Notes under the pieces: model-generated
Databases searched by the model: none
What the model was told of the DNA's origin: nothing
What the model saw: the letters and a program-made list of their open reading frames with translations, nothing else
Part shown: positions 36,403 through 45,793 of the stretch, piece by piece
How positions within the stretch are numbered: the stretch's first letter is position 1
Layout of the letters: the number at the start of each line of letters is the position of its first letter
Position numbers and translations under genes: made by a program
Source of the DNA: a virus
DNA length: 64,000 nucleotides
Direction: 5' to 3' (one strand)
IMG/VR virus record: IMGVR_UViG_3300049063_000065
Location: 307-64,306 of that record

Positions 36403-36732
36403 TTACAGCCTCTCCACTTCAAGGGTTTCAACAAAGTCAGACCAGCGAGTCGGTTTACCGAGGACTGCAATGATCGTGAGCCGTGAGTCCTCGTCGTCCT
36501 CTCCCTTCTTATCGCTGTTCAGGTAAGCTATTGCCGCATCCCAGCCTGCCACGAATGAATCTCGCGGAATACGCAATACGTCAGCAGCGTCCGCTACAAG
36601 CGGTGGTTCATAGCGGTCAGCGGCGACCTCCCGCGCCAGCAGCGCCTTCTCGTTATCGTTGAGTTCGACTGTCGTTGTCGCCATCGTTGATTCCCGTCCT
36701 TCCTCAAGCATCCCCTCCCCCGCCCACCACAC
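36403..36732 (-). CDS. Hypothetical protein
   Basis: Likely internal start at MATTT. Confidence 0.5.
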   Translation of the reverse strand: MWWAGEGMLEEGRESTMATTTVELNDNEKALLAREVAADRYEPPLVADAADVLRIPRDSFVAGWDAAIAYLNSDKKGEDDEDSRLTIIAVLGKPTRWSDFVETLEVERL

Positions 36733-36816
36733 CTACCCGATTGAATCCTCTCCTGTTCCACCGGAGCGCGGGGAGGAGGGGTGCGAGAGATTGTCAAACT
36801 TCAAAATTCCACAGGT

Positions 36817-37224
36817 TCACAGTTCGCGCAGTACCACTTCCACCTTCTCATCCGGTGAATCCACCGCATCCCACGACCCGCGCCGCACCAGGAAATCGTT
36901 AAACCCGCACTTCTCGGCAATGCAGTCGATGGTCAGCTTTAAAAGGTTCGCTACATCGAACACGCGAGGCTTTCCATTGCGGTAATGAAACGGGTAGTAG
37001 TAGGTTGCGTGAATCTCCACCGATGCGCCCGCTGTCGGCTTAAACCTTGATACGTACTTTTTGGACTCCGACTTCCATCGGGAACATTCCGGTTTCAAGA
37101 AGACCTCCCTTGTCGAATAACGAATCGAATATAAGCTGTTCACGCTGACGGGAAGCGACGGCAAGGTAAAGCGAACCTCGTTAGCCATGATTACACCCGT
37201 CCCTGCCGTCGCTTGCTCCGTCAT
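36817..37224 (-). CDS. rusA: RusA-like Holliday junction resolvase
   Basis: LPVSVNSLY...DVANLLKLTIDCI...FNDFLV...KVEV. Confidence 0.75.
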   Translation of the reverse strand: MTEQATAGTGVIMANEVRFTLPSLPVSVNSLYSIRYSTREVFLKPECSRWKSESKKYVSRFKPTAGASVEIHATYYYPFHYRNGKPRVFDVANLLKLTIDCIAEKCGFNDFLVRRGSWDAVDSPDEKVEVVLREL

Positions 37225-37234
37225 TCCACGCCCC

Positions 37235-37804
37235 CTACGCGGATGCTGAGTCTGCTGATTCCGCAGAGCGAAAGTTGGACAGCTCGTTTTTGAAGTCGCC
37301 GGTCCCCTCGTACTTACCATTGACCTTCGTTTTAATCTCCCGGCGTTTAATGTCGGCGATAAACTCCCGCCCGATAAGCGATGTCAGGAAGTCGTCGTTG
37401 ACCCGCACGCTGGTTACGTCTTCGCCCATTGCTTTGAGGAATTGCTTGGTTGGGTAACGCGCCTCGTTCTGCCACCACGGGGATTTGTAGGTGTCAGGAA
37501 AATCCTTGCTATTGAAGGTCAGCACGAGTTCGGGGAATAGTACTTTTCGCGCGTATTTACCCTCGCCGTCCACGCCTTCGGGGCCAATTTGCGCCTCGAC
37601 CACCAGCCGTTTGACCATCCACGTGCGCGTGTCTTTGTCCTCCGCTATCCGCACCGACGCCTTCTTGATATGAAAGTGAACCTTCGCCGCCGGTTCCAAC
37701 ACGCCCCCTTGCTGGTCGGAGAGATCACCCACGTCCACTTCGTCGGTCACGCTGAACGGCGCTTCACTGTTGTCGTCAACTGTTCCGTAGTCTAATTCTG
37801 GCAT
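37235..37804 (-). CDS. DUF669-like single-stranded DNA-binding protein
   Basis: Follows the Sak4-like gene; GKYARKVLF, LIGREFIADI...KNEL. Confidence 0.6.
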   Translation of the reverse strand: MPELDYGTVDDNSEAPFSVTDEVDVGDLSDQQGGVLEPAAKVHFHIKKASVRIAEDKDTRTWMVKRLVVEAQIGPEGVDGEGKYARKVLFPELVLTFNSKDFPDTYKSPWWQNEARYPTKQFLKAMGEDVTSVRVNDDFLTSLIGREFIADIKRREIKTKVNGKYEGTGDFKNELSNFRSAESADSASA

Positions 37805-37883
37805 AGTCGTTCCTCACTTGTTGGTTAGTTGTTGATTGTTAGAATGTCGAAGTCCACAGATAGACCTCAGTAGAACATCGTGT

Positions 37884-38774
37884 TCACGACGCCGACGCAG
37901 GCTTAGTCGCCACTGGAGTCGTGGTCGCCGTTGCTGCCCCCTGTTTCGACTGGCCATTGCGCGCCGTCGCCGTCAAAATCTCATAGAAACTCTTATTGGT
38001 AATATCGATCTTCGCAGGCAGCCCGTACTTGTTCTTCGCCTGGATAATGGTTTGCATCGCCGGGGTTTTTTGGCAGTAGGCCCAATAGTTAAGCGATTGA
38101 TTCCCAGCGGCATCCTTGCCAACCTTGTGTTCAAGGTAGATCACCGCACCCGGCAACCCGTCGATAGTGTTACGAAACGAACCGATGATCCTCGGTGCTA
38201 TGTCGCTGTCCTTCACCGTCTTCTTCTCCATCGCTTCGTCGCTCTCTCGTTGGATATGACAGGTCATCACCACGTTAAGCCGGAGCCGAGTTGCCATTGT
38301 TAGGAAGTCGGCCCGAATGAACTCGTTAAGGAAGATCGATAACGCATCAAACGCTGCAAACTTATTCGCCTCGTTCGCCGGATTTGCCTTGATCTGCGCC
38401 CATTTCATCTGCATAAAGTAGGTCAATCCATCGAGGGTGATCGTTTTAACCTTACCTTCTTTCGCTAGTTGTTTGGCATGGGCCAGTATCCCGTAAATCG
38501 ACGAACGGTCGTCGGGGTTAACGGTGCGCTTAAACGCATCCTTCAGCTCGCTCGACTGCTCACTATTGAACTCCTCCAAGTGAACAAGGTTCTTCGCAAG
38601 CTCGACGCTTCTTGCGCGTTTCAGCTTGAGAAACTCCAGCCCCACCGGGTCGCACGCAATCACGTAGTTCGCGGGGAAGGTGAGCGCTAGATCGCTTTTA
38701 CCGGCATCCGGTGGTCCATTGACCAAGAGGATGTAAATTGGGTCGGCTTTTAAGAATTCAGCGGCTGTTGGCAT
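37884..38774 (-). CDS. Sak4-like AAA_24 ATPase (ssDNA annealing/recombination)
   Basis: Walker A GPPDAGKS, TITLDGLT, NVVMTCH, AKNKYGLP. Confidence 0.8.
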   Translation of the reverse strand: MPTAAEFLKADPIYILLVNGPPDAGKSDLALTFPANYVIACDPVGLEFLKLKRARSVELAKNLVHLEEFNSEQSSELKDAFKRTVNPDDRSSIYGILAHAKQLAKEGKVKTITLDGLTYFMQMKWAQIKANPANEANKFAAFDALSIFLNEFIRADFLTMATRLRLNVVMTCHIQRESDEAMEKKTVKDSDIAPRIIGSFRNTIDGLPGAVIYLEHKVGKDAAGNQSLNYWAYCQKTPAMQTIIQAKNKYGLPAKIDITNKSFYEILTATARNGQSKQGAATATTTPVATKPASAS

Positions 38775-38806
38775 TGGTTCCTCATATAATCGCTATCGTA
38801 ATTAAT

Positions 38807-39766
38807 TTAAACTTCCACTACCACTTCCATCGGCGCGTCGAACAACGTCACCGGACTACACTTACCATCGTGATCTCTGTCCAGCACGCAGCGACGCAGT
38901 TCCTCCGTTGTCCGATTGCACACCTGTCGATACTGGACCTCGATCAACTCCTGGTCCTGTGGATAAGACCACCCAGCAGCGCAGATCGCCCGGTATGAAC
39001 AGAAGCGACAGGAATTAGTATTAATACGCCAGACCCCTACCTCTCGACTTCTCTCAATATCGGCAATCCAGTCCGACTCCGACCGTTGCTCAATTGTCAG
39101 TTGCTCCTCATTTCGGTTGAACATCTGCCGCTCGAAAGCGTTCCAAAAACCCGCCGGTTCACCCTTGTAAGCATGTTGACGAAACCGGAAACTAAGCGCA
39201 TTGATATAGAATCCATCGCACTCTCCGTATCGCTCTTTGATAAACTTCACGTATTGGGTGATTTGACTATTCGGGTTGAACTGCAACCAGTAATCGCTGT
39301 TGAGATATTTCCCTGTGGTCTTATGGTCAAACCCGTAAATCCCACCTTGTTCAAGGTTTTCCATTACCAGATCCAAGTGGACAATGTAGCCGTCTTCACG
39401 CGCGTCGGCTTTCTCGCACGACACTACCTTCCACTTACGATCCTCGTCTCGCCAGCGACGCGCATACGACGCAAGCGCAACTACCCCGTTCTCGCGGGTT
39501 TTAGCAAGGTCGGTCGGGTCAAGCTGCACTGGATAGGTGGACAGAAATGCCTCCTGCGCCGCCTTTAACGTGTCGCCCAGGTAGAGGTGTCGCAGTCCCT
39601 CATGAATCGCTTCTCCGAACCTGAGATGATGATCCGACGATTCGTCGCCCCGTTTTCGCAACCCGACCTCGTACTCATAGAAGTAGCGCAATGGACACTG
39701 TTTGTAGGAGTCGAGTTGACTATGGGAGTAGGTCGTCGTGGTCGTTGTCGTCACCGTTGTCATCAC
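38807..39766 (-). CDS. Cas4/AddB-like PD-(D/E)xK exonuclease
   Basis: SHSQLDSYKQCP...FGEAIH...DLV...DHKT...Q...CRFCSYRAIC. Confidence 0.85.
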   Translation of the reverse strand: MMTTVTTTTTTTYSHSQLDSYKQCPLRYFYEYEVGLRKRGDESSDHHLRFGEAIHEGLRHLYLGDTLKAAQEAFLSTYPVQLDPTDLAKTRENGVVALASYARRWRDEDRKWKVVSCEKADAREDGYIVHLDLVMENLEQGGIYGFDHKTTGKYLNSDYWLQFNPNSQITQYVKFIKERYGECDGFYINALSFRFRQHAYKGEPAGFWNAFERQMFNRNEEQLTIEQRSESDWIADIERSREVGVWRINTNSCRFCSYRAICAAGWSYPQDQELIEVQYRQVCNRTTEELRRCVLDRDHDGKCSPVTLFDAPMEVVVEV

Positions 39767-39773
39767 GTCGCGC

Positions 39774-39844
39774 ACTATACATACAACTTTGACTCAGGTC
39801 AACATTTATTTTTAGTTGACTGCGAATTATTTTTGGTCTAGTAT
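39774..39844. promoter_or_regulatory. Back-to-back sigma70 promoters
   Basis: Plus strand TTGACT(39816)-17-TAGTAT; minus strand TTGACC(39802)-17-TATAGT. Each ends 7-8 nt before a start codon. Confidence 0.75.
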
Positions 39845-39852
39845 CCGCGAGC

Positions 39853-40047
39853 ATGGGAGATTTCCTGACAGTGCCAGACTTCGCGCGACGAATCGGCGTG
39901 AAAGACGCTACAGTCTACACGGCCATTAAGGAAAAGCGTGTACAGTTCACCAAGATCCTCGGACGCCTGGCGGTGCCGAAAACCGAACTGCGCAGGTTTA
40001 AACGTCGCACAAACGGCATCGAAACTAAAATCTTCAGAAAAATCTAA
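39853..40047 (+). CDS. Excisionase-like HTH DNA-binding protein
   Basis: FLTVPDFARRIGVKDATVYTAIKEKR. Confidence 0.75.
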   Translation: MGDFLTVPDFARRIGVKDATVYTAIKEKRVQFTKILGRLAVPKTELRRFKRRTNGIETKIFRKI

Positions 40048-40056
40048 CAGTCAACC

Positions 40057-41316
40057 GTGCCACTATCCCCCCACCTGGAAGTCCGTAATCGCTTTCTAGC
40101 GGGTAATCGCCAGTCTCTCTGTTATGGATTGGGCGAATGGCGTCGGTACTCCGAGGGTGTATGGGAATCGGTGCCAGAATTAAAAATCAAGTACGAGGTT
40201 CAGGTAGCAGCGGCAAAGTACGGGAAGGTTAGTGTTACAAACGGAACAGTCACGTCGATCACTGAGCTTGTGCGTCAATGCGTGGCAGTATCGGATCTTC
40301 TGTTCGACGCCAACCCAAACATCATCACTTTTAAAGACCGCGTGCTCGACCTTGCTACATGGTCCACCGTGCCGCACTCCCCGAGTCATTACAATACGAG
40401 CAAATTGCCGTTTAAGTACGACCTAACGGCGCGACTTCCCGAATGGGAACGGTTCCTTACCTCTCTTCCCCACGTTGAGTTTATGCAACGGTTTGCCGGT
40501 TACTGTCTCACCTCCGAAACCAAGTACGAATTGGCCCTCTGGTTGTGGGGGCCACCAGGAGGCGGGAAGTCAACCTATATCGAAGCGTTATGTGCGATGT
40601 TAGGGGCAAAGGCGTGCGTGTTGGGGTTGAGCGAGATCGAACGGTCACAGTTTGCCCTCTCCCAACTTCCCGGTCGCAACCTGGCTATCTCCACTGAAAT
40701 GCCCGCCCGTATTATCCGTGCGGCTAACGTGATCAATGCCATCATCTCCGGCGAACTCATCCCCGTGGAACGTAAATACATCAACCCTTACACGATTCGT
40801 CCCCACGCAAAGATCATCTGGGGTATGAATATGCTGCCGACAATCGGCAATGAAGGGGCAGGGATCTTTCGTCGAGTACTTCCGATCCATTTCCCCTCGA
40901 TCCCAGAACCTGAGCGTGACCCACGGCTAAAAGAAGCCATCCTCGCGCACCCGATGGCTGTAGCAAACTGGGCGCTCGAAGGGTTACGCGACCTACAAAA
41001 ACGACAGACGATGGATGTACCTGTTGAACTCCTCACCGCTCGCGACCAGTACAAGGAGCACAACGATGTTACATTTTGTTTTGTCGATGAGACCTGCGAG
41101 CGTGATTCAAGTTCCCGAGTAAAAACGTCATTTCTGCACGCTAAATACCGGGAGTGGGCGACTAAAAACGGCTACCGAGCCATGTCGATGAGGAATTTTA
41201 CCCACGATCTCGACCGCCTTGGCTTTATCAACGTCAAACCTCATAACGTCAGCTACTACATGGGTTTACGACATATGGAAGACGCCGACCTGGACGCCGA
41301 AATCCTTGTTGAGTAG
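40057..41316 (+). CDS. D5/P4-family SF3 helicase, no primase domain seen
   Basis: D5_N-like region; Walker A GPPGGGKST; AISTE; N..P...GIFRRV; C-terminal winged helix. Confidence 0.88.
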   Translation: MPLSPHLEVRNRFLAGNRQSLCYGLGEWRRYSEGVWESVPELKIKYEVQVAAAKYGKVSVTNGTVTSITELVRQCVAVSDLLFDANPNIITFKDRVLDLATWSTVPHSPSHYNTSKLPFKYDLTARLPEWERFLTSLPHVEFMQRFAGYCLTSETKYELALWLWGPPGGGKSTYIEALCAMLGAKACVLGLSEIERSQFALSQLPGRNLAISTEMPARIIRAANVINAIISGELIPVERKYINPYTIRPHAKIIWGMNMLPTIGNEGAGIFRRVLPIHFPSIPEPERDPRLKEAILAHPMAVANWALEGLRDLQKRQTMDVPVELLTARDQYKEHNDVTFCFVDETCERDSSSRVKTSFLHAKYREWATKNGYRAMSMRNFTHDLDRLGFINVKPHNVSYYMGLRHMEDADLDAEILVE

Positions 41317-41323
41317 GTGGGCG

Positions 41324-41419
41324 GGTTAGGTTAGGTTAGGTCATTTTCCTATTGTTTTGTTCTCTTTTCGTACGCGCGTAGAGAGAATGGAGTAGAGGAT
41401 AACCTAACCTAACCTAACC
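41324..41419. repeat. 18-bp perfect inverted repeat of TTAGG units around a central palindrome (origin candidate)
   Basis: ggttaggttaggttaggt (41324-41341) / acctaacctaacctaacc (41402-41419); tacgcgcgta at 41371-41380. Confidence 0.85.
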
Positions 41420-41428
41420 TTGGCGGTG

Positions 41429-42826
41429 TTAAATCCACCGTTGAACGCGAGGGTCGATCTTGCAGCGGGTAGTTAGCAGCTTTTCATCTCCGACAATCCT
41501 CAACCCCTCCGGTGTTCGGCACCTGCTCACCGCCACGTAGGTCATCGCCGGGGAACCGAAGAAGAAGTTGCGGAGGTCGAGTTGGACGCGATCCAAAGTC
41601 AAACCCTGGCTTTTGTGTACCGTACTCGCCCAAGCAAGGCGGAGGGGTAGATACTGCACCGCCCCTACCACGTACTTCTCCGCTTGTTCGTCAAAGTGCG
41701 GTTCGCCCCAGGTTGGCACAGGCGACAATCCCCCGCATTCGTCGGGGTCCACTGTATGCACCTTTCGCGTAATTGCGCCGACATCCACTACCTCATCGTT
41801 ACGAGCAAGGCGCACTTGGACTGAGGAGGCGTCCCGACCAACGATCAACCCGCAGTCGCCGTTCGCGTATCGAAACTCACCCGAGGTCGTATCGTTGGCA
41901 AGAATCATCACATACGCTCCAACTTTTAATTCCAGCTTCTGTGGAATGTGCGACCACTCGCCGGGAGGACCTGCAACGTGCCAGCGTTTTGAGTTCACGG
42001 CGAACTTCTCCCCGCGCACTCGTTGGAGCGCTTGCCAGTTGAAGCGATCCACTTCATCGTTTTTCGCCATGATGGTCGTGCCGGGGAAATGGAGGTCGAG
42101 AGCCGACGAGAATTCAGTCGCAGTCCCTCGTAGCGCTTCCGCTCCCTCCGCGCCTCGGCCAGCGCGTAAGTGGTTAATCGCCCCTAGAAACGTCTCATCC
42201 CCCTGTCGCCAGTTTTTCTCCAGTCGGGTCGTCCCAGCGTCGAACTCACCCCAGCAGTCCGCCTCGAAGATCCACCGGGCCTTGATCGGGGGGAGTTGAC
42301 AGAGGTCGCCAACCAGCACGATCCCGATTCCTTCCGGGTTGTGCGAGTTCAGCACCGACTTGCGCCGATTCGCCTGCCTGATCGCTTGGTGCAGGGTGTC
42401 GAGCTGCTCGGCGGGCATCATACTCACCTCGTCCACGTATAGGTTCCGCGCTGACTGCGCCAACTTCGCCAGTCGAGTTACCAACCGGCCCGACACGAAC
42501 GCATTGAGAAGGGAGTCGGTATCGAAGTACCTCAGCAGGGAGTTGATAGTCACCGTGCCGAGGTTTACGCCTGCGATCCCCGTAGTTGCACAGAGGACGC
42601 CTTCACCTGGATCGTTACGGATCGTTTCGCGCGCTTGATATGTTTTACCGCAACCTGCTGCGCCAGTCAGGAACGCGCACCGCACCGGCGCAACTTCCTC
42701 GAAGTTGAGATCAATATCAGCATCGGCGCTGTCGTCGGCTGTTATTGGTCGTCGTTGTAATACCTCTTCGTCTTCACGTTTTGCTTTCATCGTTGCCGCC
42801 TTTCCGTCGTCGTCCCTCCCGCCCAA
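41429..42826 (-). CDS. Pif1/RecD-like SF1B helicase
   Basis: GAAGCGKT, DEVSM, VGDLCQLPPI, NWRQ, LELKVGAYVM, LRLAWASTVHKSQGLTLD, YVAVSR. Confidence 0.92.
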   Translation of the reverse strand: MGGRDDDGKAATMKAKREDEEVLQRRPITADDSADADIDLNFEEVAPVRCAFLTGAAGCGKTYQARETIRNDPGEGVLCATTGIAGVNLGTVTINSLLRYFDTDSLLNAFVSGRLVTRLAKLAQSARNLYVDEVSMMPAEQLDTLHQAIRQANRRKSVLNSHNPEGIGIVLVGDLCQLPPIKARWIFEADCWGEFDAGTTRLEKNWRQGDETFLGAINHLRAGRGAEGAEALRGTATEFSSALDLHFPGTTIMAKNDEVDRFNWQALQRVRGEKFAVNSKRWHVAGPPGEWSHIPQKLELKVGAYVMILANDTTSGEFRYANGDCGLIVGRDASSVQVRLARNDEVVDVGAITRKVHTVDPDECGGLSPVPTWGEPHFDEQAEKYVVGAVQYLPLRLAWASTVHKSQGLTLDRVQLDLRNFFFGSPAMTYVAVSRCRTPEGLRIVGDEKLLTTRCKIDPRVQRWI

Positions 42827-43851
42827 ACTCCGCTACGATGATCTCCGCTATCTCGCTAATCGCATTGCCGTCAGGCCGACCGTCGCCGCCTGCCCAGGCC
42901 GCTACTTTCTCTGCCGCCCGTCGTGCTCGCTCAGTGATATCGGGTGGAGCGGGCAGGCCGATGTCAATGTCTTCCAGTAAGTTTTCCAGTACGCCGACAG
43001 CGCCGTCGAGACGAAGTGCGTCTTTGTCATAGCCGCTCCGTTCGGCGTTCTCTTTTTCTGACCGCGCCAAGGCCAAGCGCTGTGCGATCTCTGTTCTTAC
43101 ATCTGCGCTGCTTGGGGTAGTTGCGGGCTGAGTGGCGCGGTAGGTCCAAGTCGCGACATTGGACACGTGGATGTACTGCGGCTGAAACTTCAGCCCTACC
43201 CAATAACAGGGAACTCTATGGTTCACGATGAAGTAATCCTTGTCGTAGGGCATGGCTTCTGCTCCGCAGTAAGGGCAGCGGTCCGGCACTGCCGCCACGT
43301 CTGCTGGTTGGGGTGGGTTGTTGTTAGTGGTCATTGTTTTCCTTGTTTGATTAAGCGGGCCTCTTCGCAAATAGCAATCAACACTCGGAGCTGTTCTGGA
43401 GAGAACGTGATTGAATACCCAAGGTCAACCGCCGTCTGCAACAGTTTGACGATCTCGTCGGCCTTGTTCAGCATGGCTCGAATATCATCACCCGCTGTCG
43501 CCGTACTAAGCGCCTGCTGTTCATCTTTTCCGCTCATTAGGTTCTCCGTTATTCATTTCCATTGCCCTACACATGAAGCACCATCGTCGCGGCTGTCCGT
43601 GCAGCAAAGGCAAGTGGAAAACACAGGCAAGCAGGTAAGCCAGCGCAGCGAACACGATCAAGTCAGTCATTACTTCTCCCTCTTCCCTTTCTGCGGGGTG
43701 GTTAGTCGCGCCTTTGCGCGATGCGATTTGTTCTCGTGCTTCGTGCTGCGGATACGTCGCCGCTTCTGCGAATGCGGTGTCTAGGGACGTTAGTACCTTG
43801 TCAGCAAGGTCATCGCAGGCAAGTAGCGATGCCTCTAAACAGCAAGCACGT

Positions 43852-44997
43852 TCAGGTAGTCGTAGTTGGCCCATCGTCTCCCTCTTTAGCTAGTGATTCC
43901 AGAGCAGCGGCGAATACGATCATCGCGCTGTGTTTGGCAAAACACTGGTCGCGTGAATCTTCGTCAATGGCCCTCGCTTCAGGCAGCGTCTCCCGCTTTG
44001 CATGTTCAGCGTACCGCTCGGCAGTTGCGCGATACTCTTCAGCCTTCTGATTGGCGGCATCGCGGCACTCTCTGATAGCGTTGGCGCGGGCGTCGTCACG
44101 CTGCGCACGGAGACGTTCAATCCGAAACTCGTGGCCCTGTCCTTCGAGGGTGGCCGCTAGTGGGTCGCCTTCACAAAGCGCAACCTTAGCCTGTGCCGCA
44201 GAGAGTTCGGCGCGTAGTTGGTTCACGGTTGCGCAGAGCGATTTATTAAGCGACAAAAGATCAACACCGTGGCGCAGCCGCTCTACTTCTCCGGCGTCAG
44301 TACAGTGCCTGGAGATGATTGCGGCGACAAGTTTTGCGAGATCGGCAAACTCACCGGGAGATGCTTGATAAACGCGCTGAACGACTTCATTCGCCGCTGC
44401 TTCTACTGCTACTTGCGCAGCCTCAGTGGGCGGGAAGTTGGAAAGCAGTGCGATAAACCTGTCAGCCTCTTTGCGGTCGTTTTCCTTTTCAGGTTCAGAC
44501 AGATCCGCATAGCTGGTATTCATTTGGCGTTTCCAGCGGATAGCGAAACTCTCAGGAATCAAGGAGCAATGCTCAAACAGATAGCGCATCCATCCTGACC
44601 ACTGATCGTGGCACAGCGCCGCTATCTCCTCGCGCGCTTCCCTTGCCGTCTCTTCGGGAGTGGGAATGCTCCTTTCGTCCTCTTGCCTGATGAGGTTGTA
44701 GTAGTCGCAGTCGGCTGGAAACACGCACTTGCAGCCGCAGTCCTTCGCAGCCCCGTAACTATCAAGAGACACGGTCGCGACGCAGTAGCCTAAATCCGCG
44801 CGGAAGTAGCGCCGTTCATGTCCGCACTCCCCGCACCGCTCGCTGGTACTGGGTTGCTGGAGTAGTGACTCGACGTAATTCCAGTCGTCCACTGTGATGG
44901 TTCCAGAACGCCGTGTGCGCTTCCTGATTCCATTCAAGCGATCACTCGGAGTCTCGTCTGGTTCGCGCTCCGCTGCTTCCAGTTGCTTCTCAGTCAT
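43852..44997 (-). CDS. Mosaic hypothetical protein with RyR-repeat-like segment
   Basis: HDQWSGWM...YADLSEPEKENDRKEA; Cys motif CGECGH; C-terminal coiled coil. Confidence 0.55.
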   Translation of the reverse strand: MTEKQLEAAEREPDETPSDRLNGIRKRTRRSGTITVDDWNYVESLLQQPSTSERCGECGHERRYFRADLGYCVATVSLDSYGAAKDCGCKCVFPADCDYYNLIRQEDERSIPTPEETAREAREEIAALCHDQWSGWMRYLFEHCSLIPESFAIRWKRQMNTSYADLSEPEKENDRKEADRFIALLSNFPPTEAAQVAVEAAANEVVQRVYQASPGEFADLAKLVAAIISRHCTDAGEVERLRHGVDLLSLNKSLCATVNQLRAELSAAQAKVALCEGDPLAATLEGQGHEFRIERLRAQRDDARANAIRECRDAANQKAEEYRATAERYAEHAKRETLPEARAIDEDSRDQCFAKHSAMIVFAAALESLAKEGDDGPTTTT

Positions 44998-45536
44998 TTC
45001 GTTTGCCGCCTTTCACTCCGACATGACACGCTGAAACTCTCGCTGCTTTGCGTCGTCGGCAATCCGTCTCAATAGAACACTGAAGTGAGCCCTTCCGGGA
45101 TTGTGAACAGCGCCCTCCGCGATCAGTCGACGCTCCGACTTCACGACATAGCGATATTTACCAAAATCAGCAACACCTACGCGCTCAAATTGATTCTCGA
45201 TCTCAGGTGTGATTTCAATCGTTAGAATCACCTTCACCGCCTTTCACTTACCACCGCATCCTCGTAGACCGCGTCGATTGCTGCGGTCATTTCTCGATAT
45301 TGCTCGTCAACGGCGCGCATTGCCATATGAACAGAGCAATAGCACATGCCTGTTTCGTAGACGATGCAGGTCGAGTCATGCGGTAGTCCGTGTGCCCATT
45401 TTGAGAACTCGTCTGCCAGCGCGTTAATAGCTAGTCTTACACGTTCACGCGCGCCCTTGATTGGCTTATCGCACTCGCATTGTTGCCAAACTGAATGTCC
45501 GCATTTACGAGTTGCCGTTGCGCTCATCCCCTTCCA

Positions 45537-45793
45537 CCACCTTTCTTACCGGGTTGTTACTTCACGTTGCGGGGCATGGTATTGACTGATCAACTTGTCA
45601 AAAATTGGCTTAGGAATGGCCATTTCCTGTTGCGCGAGCTGGTTGTGCGCTTGTTGGCTTAACCAGACAGTCGAGCCATCCGTCAGTAAGTTATAGTCGT
45701 CTACTTCGACAGAATCCCGCTCCAGTGCCTCAGGGCCGTCTAGGTCATTGGTTTGTGCTAAACTTTTCATATTCCACCTTTCTTACCGGGTTG
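45537..45793. repeat. 20-bp direct repeat flanking gene 45546..45770
   Basis: ccacctttcttaccgggttg at 45537-45556 and 45774-45793. Confidence 0.85.

Noticed and set aside
38807-39766. Cas4-like nuclease as a sign of CRISPR-Cas
   Set aside because: It sits with the Sak4-like ATPase, SSB and RusA genes in a standard phage recombination module.
41324-41420. TTAGG units as arthropod telomere contamination
   Set aside because: Only 3-4 units per arm, arranged as an inverted pair within continuous phage sequence.
41568-42299. 243-aa plus-strand ORF
   Set aside because: Lies opposite the well-conserved Pif1-like helicase gene.
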